From the NCBI GenBank assembly GCA_964632825.1, contig CAZWBY010000001.1, forward strand, positions 1-43,400: a stretch of DNA of 43,400 nt. Reading direction: 5' to 3'. The notes beneath the pieces were generated by a model. That model was not told the origin of the DNA. It was given only the letters and a program-made list of their open reading frames with translations, and did no database searches. Position 1 is the first letter of the stretch. Every line of letters starts with the position of its first letter. Both the position numbers and the translations under genes were made by a program. Positions 1 through 9,197 of this stretch are shown here, one piece after another. Origin of the DNA: an uncultured Candidatus Bathyarchaeia archaeon. GTDB taxonomy: Archaea > Thermoproteota > Bathyarchaeia > Bathyarchaeales > Bathycorpusculaceae.

Positions 1-431
1 GCTTGGCTTAAGCCTTGAGTTGTTGTTTTTGCCTTGACGTTGAAAGCAATTTTTGGTGTTGGAACCTCTTCTTCTGACGCTTCGAGAGTGGGCATCGTGA
101 AATTGCGGCTGTATTTCCCCAGTATCTTAACCTGCAAACGCCCGGTCTTGTCATCAAGAGACATCTCCACAGACTCGTCCTTGCCGGCTCTTTTGAGCAG
201 TTTGAGAAGTTCGCTTATGTTTATGCACATTTTTGTGGGTTCTTGCGCAATGTATTCTTCAAATATGGTTTTGGGCCACTCAAAATCGATCATGGCAACG
301 CGAGAAGGATCCATCGCCCGCAGTTTCAACCCTTCTGGTTCTATCTTGAAGGTTGCCTCGTCAACAAGAATGGAGATGGCGGTTGCCATGTCTCGTAAGA
401 GTTTAGCGTCAGAGACTTTGAGCTTAAACAT
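1..431 (-). CDS. pcn: DNA polymerase sliding clamp PCNA, N-terminal ~143 aa; the gene continues beyond the left edge
   Basis: Hand translation of the minus strand from ATG at 431-429 gives MFKLKVSDAKLLRDMATAISILVDEATFKIEPEGLKLRAMDPSRVAMIDFEWPKTIFEEYIAQEPTKMCINISELLKLLKRAGKDE..., open to position 1. The pattern LVDEA.F....GL.LRAMDPSRV..ID is the archaeal PCNA N-domain signature. It is absent from the ORF track because it has no stop in the window. The listed + ORF 34..525 is its antisense shadow. Confidence 0.8.
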   Translation of the reverse strand, partial: MFKLKVSDAKLLRDMATAISILVDEATFKIEPEGLKLRAMDPSRVAMIDFEWPKTIFEEYIAQEPTKMCINISELLKLLKRAGKDESVEMSLDDKTGRLQVKILGKYSRNFTMPTLEASEEEVPTPKIAFNVKAKTTTQGLSQ

Positions 432-521
432 TGGATTTTCCTCGCTTAATGCATATACCGAGGGGTATAAAAGACTTACATCAAAGCGTTTCCGCGAAAA
501 TAGCGGGGTTCCAGTTGTTGC

Positions 522-875
522 TTAGCTATACTCTCTGAAGGTGAAACTGCATTTTGTGCAGCGCAGAAACTGGGTGGAAGATTCGTCCGCGCCTCGGGTT
601 TGCACCTGCCAAACGTATGCCGTGTTGTTGCCGCATTTCGGGCATTCGATTCTGACAGTTGGCAGCGTATTGAGCTTCTGTTCTTCCTTACCTATGACTG
701 CCACAAATTTCTGTGGATTTGGCTGAATAACCTTGGCTACCAGGGGCTCAATCTTCTTGGCTGACTCCTGTTTCTTATACCCACATTTGGGGCATACAAG
801 CATCAAAGAAGCACTCTTGCCATTCTTAGCTTTCTTCGGTTCCAGACGGGAACCGCATTTTGGGCAAAACTCCAT
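522..875 (-). CDS. tfs: Transcription factor S (TFS; TFIIS/RpoM-like cleavage factor)
   Basis: 117 aa. N-terminal zinc ribbon (CPKCG...CPKCG). C-terminal zinc ribbon CPKCG...WQVQTRGADESSTQFLRCTKC, with the acidic hairpin typical of TFS/TFIIS domain III. Confidence 0.85.
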   Translation of the reverse strand: MEFCPKCGSRLEPKKAKNGKSASLMLVCPKCGYKKQESAKKIEPLVAKVIQPNPQKFVAVIGKEEQKLNTLPTVRIECPKCGNNTAYVWQVQTRGADESSTQFLRCTKCSFTFREYS

Positions 876-958
876 TGTGCGCTACTCCGTTATCCGTTTT
901 ATCTTCCGTTTACATAGTCTCTTTTAAACGTTTGCTTACCCCGAAAAAAGCATGAAAA

Positions 959-1564
959 CTAGGAATGACTTACGCCCGAAGCAACAAGATGAGCGACACG
1001 CAATGCCTCAGGGATCTTGCTGCGGGTTGAAGACAATCGAACGATTCTCGTGGCCTCATCAATCGACAATCCAGCCACATGCAAGAATACGCTTTCATGC
1101 GGATTCCGGGTGCAGACTTCAAAACATTCTCCGGCAGCAAGAATTGATTTCCAGCGTTCCTCTGTCCCGGAGAGATTTTCTATTGCCTCGCGAATACCCT
1201 TCAAATCGGGTTTTTCACTAGTTACAGCAATAACGGGAAGCCCAGTTTTCACGCTCAGCAATTGGATGTCAACCACATTAAAACCTGCGAAGGTGACACC
1301 GTTCAGCATGATCACTCTCAGTTGCTTGTGATGAGGCGAACTCGTTACCATGTTTGAGATTTTCTCTGTGGCGTCAAAACCATCAATAGCCACATGGGTA
1401 TGCATTGCCCCGTCAAGCCAGTAACCTCCCCTGAAAACGACTCCTACCACAAGAGCCTTGCCGCTGTTGTGAGGGATGAATATACCATCGTCAACTCCCA
1501 GAATTCGAATTTCGGGTTTAACAACGTGAATGCGCTTGCGGCTCAACGCGAACCCTCGACACAC
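959..1564 (-). CDS. DUF99/UPF0215 family protein (endonuclease-V-like fold)
   Basis: 201 aa. IRILGVDDG...VVGVVFRGGYWLDG...IDGFDAT...VIMLNGVTFAGFNVVD matches my memory of the archaeal DUF99 family layout. Confidence 0.55.
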   Translation of the reverse strand: MCRGFALSRKRIHVVKPEIRILGVDDGIFIPHNSGKALVVGVVFRGGYWLDGAMHTHVAIDGFDATEKISNMVTSSPHHKQLRVIMLNGVTFAGFNVVDIQLLSVKTGLPVIAVTSEKPDLKGIREAIENLSGTEERWKSILAAGECFEVCTRNPHESVFLHVAGLSIDEATRIVRLSSTRSKIPEALRVAHLVASGVSHS

Positions 1565-1798
1565 GAGCGAGAATAAAATATTGATTGAAGTGTTATAAGC
1601 GTAGCGAGCAAGAAGTGGGGAGAATGGAGATCAACTAAGTGCCGAAGGACTCTCAACCGCCTTTCCTTCCTTAAGGCCTATCAGTCGCTTCAAGAAGTCT
1701 TGGTGGATCGACAATTAGAAGCCCTCGGTGAGGGCTTACGTTAACTTTGTCCATTCACTTGCACTATCTGGCAGAAAAGGGAGCCGGGAGGGAAGAAA

Positions 1799-2011
1799 GT
1801 GAAAGGAAGCACACTGGCGGAGGCACTGAGGGAGACGGAACTGCGTAGAGTATTACCCTCGAGAATTGACAAACATGTTATAAGCGACGCTGCAGATGCG
1901 CTGGCTGTCTACGCGTGGCTCAATAAGATCCTAACCTTGGAGGAAAGCGTTGAAATCCTAGAAAGAACGGACGATATGCAAAAAGGATTTGCTTACTGCT
2001 CACAAGGGTGA
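1799..2011 (+). CDS. Hypothetical 70-aa protein (GTG start); may not be a real gene
   Basis: Only ORF in the 456-bp gap 1565-2020. No family recognised. An in-frame stop 57 nt upstream prevents extension. Confidence 0.2.
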   Translation: MKGSTLAEALRETELRRVLPSRIDKHVISDAADALAVYAWLNKILTLEESVEILERTDDMQKGFAYCSQG

Positions 2012-2020
2012 AAGAATTAA

Positions 2021-2356
2021 TCAGACTTTCAAGGCTTTTTGAAAAGCCTCGCTGAAAGTTTGGTTGGATTCCCTCGCTTTCTCGGCGGCCTTCTTAAGAG
2101 CCTCTTCGGGCTTGGCTGATCCTTTCATGCGGATGTAGATGACTGGATTGGAAGCCAGTGGGTGAGGGATATCGTATCCGGCCATATCTACGCTCTTGTC
2201 GTCCAACAGTCTCTTCTGAAGCAGGTTACATAGACCGTGCCCTGTACCTTCGATTTCAATCTTAAGCTCCTTGCCTGATTTCTTAATAACATTTATTTTC
2301 AGTCGCGACACTTCCCGTATTCTTTTACATCGGTTCTTGTCCATAGTCCGTGGCAA
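2021..2356 (-). CDS. rpoL: DNA-directed RNA polymerase subunit L (Rpo11/RpoL)
   Basis: LKINVIKKSGKELKIEIEGTGHGLCNLLQKRLLDDKSVDMAGYDIPHPL...IYIRMKG is the classic RpoL/Rpb11 pattern. The true start is probably the internal ATG at 2344. It overlaps the csl4 3' end. Confidence 0.8.
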   Translation of the reverse strand: MPRTMDKNRCKRIREVSRLKINVIKKSGKELKIEIEGTGHGLCNLLQKRLLDDKSVDMAGYDIPHPLASNPVIYIRMKGSAKPEEALKKAAEKARESNQTFSEAFQKALKV

Positions 2357-2930
2357 TTTTGCGGTGGTCTATGTTACCGCATTTTGTGCACCGCATATCG
2401 TTCCGCTTGGATTCAAGCAAGCCTCCACAAACTGAACAGAAGCCATACAGCACGCCTAAATCGCCTTCAACCGTTGAAAGGTGAAAAATCTGGTTCTTCG
2501 CGCTGATGACTTTAGCACGTATTATGTCCCCGGACCTGCAAGCATCATTCATAGAGTCTACATACCTATCTTGTACGTCTGAGATGTGAAGGATTCCTGT
2601 GAAGACGCCAGAGAGTCGCTTGGGGCCAATCTTGAATATCCTCACCAGAACATTATCTGACTGGGCGTTGCCAACTTGACCGATAACTGTCGTGCCGACT
2701 TTAGGATAGCAGGCTTCGTTGACAAGCGGATAGACTGAAACATGCCTGCTCAACATATCCATGAGGGCGCGACCGATTATCTTTGAGTAGATAACGCCGT
2801 CTTTTGAGTAAGTCCCCGAGTCTGGCGTGAACTCTTCGATTACGCCCAAACGCTCTCCGGGCAATACTAAATGACCGCTACGTTGTTCAGATGATTTAAC
2901 GTTCATCATAATTTCCTTGCCATTAAACAT
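2325..2930 (-). CDS. csl4: Exosome complex RNA-binding subunit Csl4
   Basis: 201 aa. N-terminal domain, S1-like barrel (VGTTVIGQV...VRI...GILHISDV...GDIIRAKVIS) and C-terminal zinc ribbon CSVCGG...CTKCG. The adjacency csl4-rpoL is a known archaeal arrangement. Confidence 0.8.
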   Translation of the reverse strand: MFNGKEIMMNVKSSEQRSGHLVLPGERLGVIEEFTPDSGTYSKDGVIYSKIIGRALMDMLSRHVSVYPLVNEACYPKVGTTVIGQVGNAQSDNVLVRIFKIGPKRLSGVFTGILHISDVQDRYVDSMNDACRSGDIIRAKVISAKNQIFHLSTVEGDLGVLYGFCSVCGGLLESKRNDMRCTKCGNIDHRKIATDYGQEPM

Positions 2931-3021
2931 GTGAATATAGAGTATTCGGCTGATGGTACAACTTTTAGTTTATCAGCTGCGCAATAAACCTTTTGATCAA
3001 AGTGGCAAATCCTCAGGGAGA

Positions 3022-3723
3022 CTAAACTTTCTTTTTTATTATGTATAGATCGACGATTATTTCGTGTTTCGCTTTTGTGTGAAAATCAAACATTTTGGGA
3101 ATGGTCATGAGAAGCGAGAATACTGACTGTATGGTTCCACCGTGTTCTTCAGCAAAACGTTTCATGAATGGAGAAGCCTGAATCTGCAACAGGTTTTCTC
3201 CGCTCTTCTTCAGTAGTCGGTGCAATTGTTTATCGTCGGTTGGATGATTGTGGAGGGAATAGACTATACTGGCAACTTCGAGGGCTTTTTGCAGGAACTT
3301 TCGATCAGCTGACCGCTTCTGGATCCCAAACGGCGGATTCTGCAAGACCGTGTCGAATTTGCCGGTGATAGCCCCAACGTCCCCAGTGATCCATTGAACT
3401 AAGCCGTAGCAACCTGTTTTCCGAGAATTAGCACGAGCTGATTGTATCGCGGTCCTGTCGATATCGACTCCTACGACCGCCTTGGCGCCCAAAAAAGCTG
3501 CGCCCAATGCAAGTCGCCCCGTGCCGCAAGCCAGATCTAGTACAGTTTTTCCGATAAGGTCGTTGTTTGAATATGCTGATATGTAGAGCATTGTTGCAGC
3601 AACGCTCTCAGAAATCGTGTACTGTTCAAGACTTGCTCGAGGAAGAGGATTGGGCTCAACTTGGGATAGGAATAGTTCCAAGTCTAATTTTCGAACAAGC
3701 CTCTTCTGAGCAGGTTTTCCCAC
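3022..3723 (-). CDS. METTL5-like SAM-dependent (rRNA N6-adenine type) methyltransferase
   Basis: LEQYTISESVAATMLY...GKTVLDLACGTGRLALGAAFLGAKAVVGVDID...FDTVLQNPPFG..RSADRKFLQKALEVASIVYSLH. It has SAM motif I and an NPPF motif IV. The layout matches archaeal COG2263 proteins. Confidence 0.75.
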   Translation of the reverse strand: MGKPAQKRLVRKLDLELFLSQVEPNPLPRASLEQYTISESVAATMLYISAYSNNDLIGKTVLDLACGTGRLALGAAFLGAKAVVGVDIDRTAIQSARANSRKTGCYGLVQWITGDVGAITGKFDTVLQNPPFGIQKRSADRKFLQKALEVASIVYSLHNHPTDDKQLHRLLKKSGENLLQIQASPFMKRFAEEHGGTIQSVFSLLMTIPKMFDFHTKAKHEIIVDLYIIKKKV

Positions 3724-4685
3724 GAGTCTTCGCCGAACACAACTTTAAGCTCGCTCTTGGTTAAAACAGGTTTCGAAAACTTTGCAGGAGCCTCAAGAGA
3801 TATTCTCGGGCAAGCAGTGTTAACATACACGTCGACAGTCGGGAATTCAAGAAGCACTTCTGGAGACAATTCCCTAACTGCAAACAGGTAACCAACTTTC
3901 TTGTTCTTTTCGACCGATTCTTTGATTTTCAATGCTTCGTCGAGACGGCTTTGTCCTGGTTTGAGACCAACAATAATGCCAAAACTTTTGGCTTTTAGCG
4001 CCTCCTCTATGTATGCCCATCGTTGCTTTATGGTTTTTTGGGCTACTGAGTCGATAACAAAGGCGCTGTTGGTGTATGGATCCGCAACTATCGTTGGTTT
4101 AGACGTGGCAAGATGAATACCCAACGCGTGAAATTGCCCGCCTCCGATGAAAAGGAAAGCGTCGACTTCATTGGCAACGGACTTGGCGTTCCCATATTCA
4201 CATCCAGTGACTTGCCCTGAGTAGACGGCGCGACCTGCGTCTCCAATAACCACTGTCTTTCCTGCTCGAATAAGCATCTCTCTTGCTTGATCAAGTGTTT
4301 GTATGTGCTGAACTGTTGTTACCAAACCCATGGTCTTGAAGCTAGCTAGAAACGAGAGAGCTTTCTGGATTGCTCCATCTATTGCCACGGTTGCTCTGGC
4401 CTCAATATAGACCGTGGGCACCTTTTCATGTTTCATCATTCTCGAGTGCCCAAAATGCAGGATAAGGTCCACGCCCAAGCTTTCAGCTTCAGCAGTAGCT
4501 ATGTCGCACGCTCCGTAGCATGGATCGCCGGCAATTATGGGAAGTGCTCCAGCTTTCTCAACCAAAGATGCTAAACGCGGACCTTCAGGTTTTAGACCTT
4601 CAGGAAATTGTAGCAAAACACGCTTTGCGCCAAGTTTGCCAATTTCCCGTTTGATCCGTTCTTCCTCAAAGTCAAATCCTTTCAA
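3684..4685 (-). CDS. dph2: Diphthamide biosynthesis protein Dph2 (2-(3-amino-3-carboxypropyl)histidine synthase)
   Basis: 333 aa. RVLLQFPEGLK...GDPCYGACD...ILHFGHS...TTVQH...G.VTGC matches the archaeal Dph2 layout. Confidence 0.85.
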   Translation of the reverse strand: MKGFDFEEERIKREIGKLGAKRVLLQFPEGLKPEGPRLASLVEKAGALPIIAGDPCYGACDIATAEAESLGVDLILHFGHSRMMKHEKVPTVYIEARATVAIDGAIQKALSFLASFKTMGLVTTVQHIQTLDQAREMLIRAGKTVVIGDAGRAVYSGQVTGCEYGNAKSVANEVDAFLFIGGGQFHALGIHLATSKPTIVADPYTNSAFVIDSVAQKTIKQRWAYIEEALKAKSFGIIVGLKPGQSRLDEALKIKESVEKNKKVGYLFAVRELSPEVLLEFPTVDVYVNTACPRISLEAPAKFSKPVLTKSELKVVFGEDSWENLLRRGLFEN

Positions 4686-4755
4686 AGTGATCCCCCTTAT
4701 TCGGTTTTCAAGGAAGAGAAGAGAAACAAAAAGCGGGGAAGAGTTTACTCTATTT

Positions 4756-7191
4756 CTAAAGCGACCATTCCCAATCTTGCTTCGGTTTGGATATGGGTTT
4801 GCCAGTAGCTATGGCGGATTGCTCAGCGAGGCGTTCAAGAATTATCTTCTGTTCAAGACTTGCAACCATGTTTTTCGTCGTGGACACCGCATCATTGTTT
4901 ACTGAAATACTGTCTATTCCAAGGCGGACGAGGAATTCGGCAAAGTCCGGCAGGTTTGAGGGACCCTCACCACATATGGAAACTGTACAACCGTTTTCGT
5001 GTGCTGCCTTGATCAAATGGGCGATTATTCTTTTCACTGCGGGATCGCGTTCGTCGAAGTAGCCCATCTGCCCCAAGCGTTCTGAATCCCGGTCAATCAT
5101 GAGAATGCCCTGCGTCAGGTCGTTTGAGCCTATTGAGAATCCATCGACAAGTTTGGAGAACTCGTCAGCCATTATAGCAATTGAGGGTGTTTCAGCCATG
5201 AACCAAACTTTGAAATCGCGGGATCTTTCTAAGCCTTCTTCCTTCATTATTTCTAGGCATTTCTTTGCTTCCCATAATGTGCGAACCATTGGAAGCATAA
5301 CGTAAATGTTCTTTAAACCCCATTCAGTGCGGCATTTCTTTATCGCCTGGCATTCAAGCCTGAAAGCTGCTTGGTACCATTTGCTAATGTATCGACTGCA
5401 CCCTCTCCAACCCAACATCGGATTTTCTTCGACAATCTCGTATTTATCGCCGCCTTTGAGTTCTCTGTACTCATTGGTTTTAAAGTCGCTCAGGCGCACA
5501 ACCACAGGTCGAGGTTGGATTTCGCGAGCAACTGTGGCCACGCCTTCTGCCAGTTTATCCACGAATTTCTGGCTTTCGCCTGTGTCAACAAAGAGCATGG
5601 GGTGCTGACCTATGTAACTTGCTAAAATGAATTCGGTGCGCATTAGCCCAATGCCTTCGAATGGCAAATCCTTGTAATCTGCTATTTTATCAGGAACACC
5701 CAAATTCATGTAAATTTTCGTTGCAGTTACGGGTACAGATTCGATCACACGTATTTCGCCTGTCGCGACAGAGCCCTTTGAACCTGCTGAGTTTGCAGCT
5801 TCAGCCAAGACTCCCTCGTAGACTATGCCATTTCTCGAGTCTATTGTGTACTGCTTTCCCGTCTCCATGACTTTCGTAGCTGTTTCTGTCCCAACGATGC
5901 AAGGAATGGCAAGCTCGCGGCTGACGATTGCCGCATGAGAGGTCACCCCCCCCTTGTCAGTGACTATTGCACTGGCAATCTTCATGAATGGAACGAAGTC
6001 AGGATTAGTCATATCTGTTACGAGTATGTCGCCTTTGACCATAATTTTTGATGCTTCATCAGGACTAAACACGACTTTAGCCACGCCTATGCCGTAGCCT
6101 CTCTTTCCCGCGGATATTCCTTTTGCGACGACTTTGAGTTCTTTTCCAGACCTACCTTCTTCAAATCCACTCGATATTTCCATCGGTTTACCACCCCAAA
6201 CAGTCTCGGGACGAGCTTGAACCAAGAACATATTTTTTGGAAAAGATAAATCTCCATCGATCGCCCATTCTATATCCATAGCCTTGCCATAGTGACCTTC
6301 AATCAATTTCCCCAACTCGGCAAGTTTCATAATTTCTTCATCATTGAGACATGTTTCTTTCTGTTTATCTTCTGGCACATCCAAATGGACCGTTTTGCCC
6401 GTATCTGGATCACGGATGTACTGAATTGTTTTCCTAGCTATTCGCCGTGAAGTAATCTTCATTGTTTCTTTGTCAACAACGAAGTCGTCCGGGTTTACGG
6501 CACCTGAAACGACCGATTCGCCCAGACCATAATTGCCTTCGATAACGATTTCGTCCTTATTGCCGGTTACTGGGTTTATTGTAAACATGACTCCTGCAGC
6601 TCGGGAGTTCACCATTTTCTGAACTCCAACGCTTATGAAAACTTTCTCGTGGGCAAACCCTTTCTCGTTTCTGTAGAAAATCGCGCGAGGAGTAAAGAGA
6701 CTCGACCAGCACTTGACAACTTTATCCAGAAGGTCGTCGGCGCCTTTGACGTTCAAGAAGGTTTCTTGTTGCCCAGCGAAAGAAGCATCTGGAAGATCTT
6801 CCGCAGTGGCGCTCGATCTGACAGCAACGAAAGCGTCCTTCAAGTTGAGCTTTTTGCAGAGCGTCTTATAGGCTGATTTAACCGCGTTCTCGACATCTTT
6901 AGGCATAGATGTCCGATTGATTAGTTCGCGAATTTTCTTGGACGCAGTATCGTACTGTTTTGGATCGTTCGGGTCAGTAACGGTTTCTTTGATTACTTGG
7001 TAGATCTTCTCGGCAATTCGTGTGTCCTCGATAAACTTTTCATAGGAATAGGCTGTGACTGCAAATCCGGGAGGAACAGGAAGGCCCGCATTAATCATTT
7101 CGCCTAAGCTGGCGTTCTTGCCTCCGACAATTGGAACATCAGTGTTTCTTACTGTTTCAAACCAGAGAACAAGATCCTTTTTTGTGCTCAA
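4756..7191 (-). CDS. ppsA: Phosphoenolpyruvate synthase (pyruvate, water dikinase)
   Basis: VPIVGGKNASLGEM (ATP-grasp N-domain), GGVTSHAAIVSRE (phospho-His swivel domain) and a C-terminal PEP-utilising TIM-barrel domain. The track ORF starts at ATG 7257, which overlaps rpl10e by 70 nt. In-frame TTG at 7191 gives MSTKKDLVLWFETV..., the usual PpsA N-terminus, and abuts the rpl10e stop. Confidence 0.9.
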   Translation of the reverse strand: MSTKKDLVLWFETVRNTDVPIVGGKNASLGEMINAGLPVPPGFAVTAYSYEKFIEDTRIAEKIYQVIKETVTDPNDPKQYDTASKKIRELINRTSMPKDVENAVKSAYKTLCKKLNLKDAFVAVRSSATAEDLPDASFAGQQETFLNVKGADDLLDKVVKCWSSLFTPRAIFYRNEKGFAHEKVFISVGVQKMVNSRAAGVMFTINPVTGNKDEIVIEGNYGLGESVVSGAVNPDDFVVDKETMKITSRRIARKTIQYIRDPDTGKTVHLDVPEDKQKETCLNDEEIMKLAELGKLIEGHYGKAMDIEWAIDGDLSFPKNMFLVQARPETVWGGKPMEISSGFEEGRSGKELKVVAKGISAGKRGYGIGVAKVVFSPDEASKIMVKGDILVTDMTNPDFVPFMKIASAIVTDKGGVTSHAAIVSRELAIPCIVGTETATKVMETGKQYTIDSRNGIVYEGVLAEAANSAGSKGSVATGEIRVIESVPVTATKIYMNLGVPDKIADYKDLPFEGIGLMRTEFILASYIGQHPMLFVDTGESQKFVDKLAEGVATVAREIQPRPVVVRLSDFKTNEYRELKGGDKYEIVEENPMLGWRGCSRYISKWYQAAFRLECQAIKKCRTEWGLKNIYVMLPMVRTLWEAKKCLEIMKEEGLERSRDFKVWFMAETPSIAIMADEFSKLVDGFSIGSNDLTQGILMIDRDSERLGQMGYFDERDPAVKRIIAHLIKAAHENGCTVSICGEGPSNLPDFAEFLVRLGIDSISVNNDAVSTTKNMVASLEQKIILERLAEQSAIATGKPISKPKQDWEWSL

Positions 7192-7721
7192 TCCGTTTCC
7201 ATCTCCGCCTTGTTGGTAATGTCTGAAGATTGTATCTTTTCGACAACCACTCTGCACGGGATGGGGAGTTTAGCGCTTCCGTATTTAAGGGATTCTTTTG
7301 CGGTTTCAACGGCACTCGTCTTGACTCTAACCGTTATAATCGGTTGGCCTGGCTCGATTCGAGCCGCAGTCCCAATTGCTTTTCCAAAAGATCTTCGCAT
7401 TCCTTGCTGAAGGCGGTCAGCATGAGCTCCGAAAATCATTTTGTTTTCTCGAAGAATCATATGAGGGTAAGGGTGCACCACCATCAAGTAATCGTTCACA
7501 AGCTTGTCCATCAAAACACGGTTTGCTGCGACTCGCGCTGCTTCAAGAGAACAGTGACGGATCTGAGCTCTTTTCAAAGCTATCAATGTGGCTTCATAAT
7601 CGAAGGATGCTTTGGTGTCTCCCATCGTGAACTTTACTATCTTAGGAGGCGGAAACCCTTTTGAGTATTGTTTCCGCGTGTAAGCTTGTCCTCTTACGGG
7701 TCTGTAATTGCTGGCATGCAT
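7188..7721 (-). CDS. rpl10e: 50S ribosomal protein uL16 (L10e)
   Basis: RPVRGQAYTRKQY.KG.P..KI..F.MG......ALEAARVAANR...RENKM...GADRLQ.GMR..FGK is the L10e signature. Confidence 0.9.
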   Translation of the reverse strand: MHASNYRPVRGQAYTRKQYSKGFPPPKIVKFTMGDTKASFDYEATLIALKRAQIRHCSLEAARVAANRVLMDKLVNDYLMVVHPYPHMILRENKMIFGAHADRLQQGMRRSFGKAIGTAARIEPGQPIITVRVKTSAVETAKESLKYGSAKLPIPCRVVVEKIQSSDITNKAEMETD

Positions 7722-7892
7722 ACAATATCCCTTTTTTAGGTTACCATCTAAGCGCTATTTAAACGATTTGTAACTACCCTCATGAGTCAAGGATTTGACG
7801 TTCCCCATTGAACGTTCACAAGCTTTCAGAGGCAAACTAATTATGCGCTTGCGCAACTTGTTCTTTGTGAAAGAAGCGCAGGAGGATTCCGA

Positions 7893-9191
7893 TTGAATCA
7901 AGTGCTTATCCCCGGAAAAAACTGGAAGCTATCACTCGCAGAGATTATCTTGTTCCTAGAAGCAAGAAGAATCCAGTTCAAAGTGAAAGCGTTTTCGAGA
8001 GAGTTTTTCATAATACAAACTGATGAGAAAGCAGGCTCACTTGATGCCACGAGTCTTGGCGGCACCATAAAGATTGGTGTAATAGCCAAGGTCATACCAA
8101 CAGAGCTGTTCGTGAAAGCCTTTGTCAGCAAAGATAAAGAGGCTAGAGAGCAAATAACAAAGGAAATCGCACTAAGCAATCTGCCTTTTGGAATACCAGA
8201 TAAAGACTCAGCAAAGTATCTCTTCGGAGTTAGTGTCTACTGCTCCGCTGAAACTCTGAGACCTGTGGCAAGCAGCATACAACGGTTCATAGGAAGCGCA
8301 ATCAAGAATGAACTGGCAGAGTGCGAAGTAAGATCGGAGTTCATGGGTTTCCCGAGAACAAGAGCACAACCTCAGCTAACCCATGTAGAAGTTTTGAAGA
8401 AGAAATTGGTCGAAAATAAGGCCGAGGTTTTGTTGTGCATCGACACAACCCAAGCTTGGTTAGGAATAACATCAGGCGTTCATGACCCATTTGAATTCCA
8501 AAAACGCGATGTGGGCAAACCAAACCAGCGGAAGATCTTCGCCATCCCGCCGAGACTGGCGAGGATAATGGTAAACCTATCCGGATGCACTCCTGGAAAA
8601 ACCCTGATAGACCCATTCTGTGGGGTCGGCACCATTCTTCAGGAAGCGTTACTATCCAAAGCCCAGACTATAGGGGTTGACGATAGCAGCTGGTGCGTCG
8701 AAGCTGCCCAAGAGAACCTTGAATGGCTTAGTAGAGAGTATGCGCTTAAAGATCAAGAATTCAGGGTTGTGAAAGGCGATGCACTCAAGCTAAGAAGTAT
8801 AGTGGGATCGAGCATAGACTGTATCGTCACAGAACCGGACTTGGGTCCAGCTCTGAGGGATATACCAACCGCATCTTATGCAAAGAAGATCGTGGACAAT
8901 CTGACTCCTTTGTACTTTAGCTTTCTCAGAGAAACATATGACACGCTCAGGAAAGATGGCAGGCTAGTTCTTGTGACCCCATATTTGAGGACTAGGTCTG
9001 GGAAACCGATGATGATGCACATTGAAGAGAAGGCACAAGAACTCGGTTTCAAGATGATTTACCCGTTCGGTAGCAAGGAGGTTTTCGAGTCATACGATAC
9101 CGTGAAGGAGGAAATGAGAGTGATGAGGCGCGTTGTAGAAATGGCGGAGCGGCATAAGACCGGCCGCGAAATTCATGTCTTACAGAAGTAG
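7893..9191 (+). CDS. Putative RNA (guanine-N2 / Trm11-UPF0020-like) SAM methyltransferase with a ~200-aa N-terminal domain
   Basis: IPPRLARIMVNLSGCTPGKTLIDPFCGVGTILQEALL (substrate-domain linker plus SAM motif I), then IDCIVTEPDLGP at the motif IV position. AGGAGG lies 7 nt upstream of the TTG start. Confidence 0.5.
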   Translation: MNQVLIPGKNWKLSLAEIILFLEARRIQFKVKAFSREFFIIQTDEKAGSLDATSLGGTIKIGVIAKVIPTELFVKAFVSKDKEAREQITKEIALSNLPFGIPDKDSAKYLFGVSVYCSAETLRPVASSIQRFIGSAIKNELAECEVRSEFMGFPRTRAQPQLTHVEVLKKKLVENKAEVLLCIDTTQAWLGITSGVHDPFEFQKRDVGKPNQRKIFAIPPRLARIMVNLSGCTPGKTLIDPFCGVGTILQEALLSKAQTIGVDDSSWCVEAAQENLEWLSREYALKDQEFRVVKGDALKLRSIVGSSIDCIVTEPDLGPALRDIPTASYAKKIVDNLTPLYFSFLRETYDTLRKDGRLVLVTPYLRTRSGKPMMMHIEEKAQELGFKMIYPFGSKEVFESYDTVKEEMRVMRRVVEMAERHKTGREIHVLQK

Positions 9192-9197
9192 ACGTAT

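Noticed and set aside
34-525. 163-aa + strand ORF at the left edge
   Set aside because: It is the antisense shadow of the PCNA gene (minus strand, 1-431), whose translation is an unmistakable PCNA N-domain. The + translation is low-complexity Ser/Leu-rich.
1930-2015. RNase P RNA-like strings GGAGGAAAGCG and AAGGGTGAAAG
   Set aside because: Only loose resemblance to CR-I (GAGGAAAGUCC) and the GGGUGAAA motif. They are about 65 nt apart and are followed immediately by the rpoL stop. The other universally conserved RNase P regions (ACAGAA...GGCUUA) are absent, and there is no room for a ~300-nt RNA.
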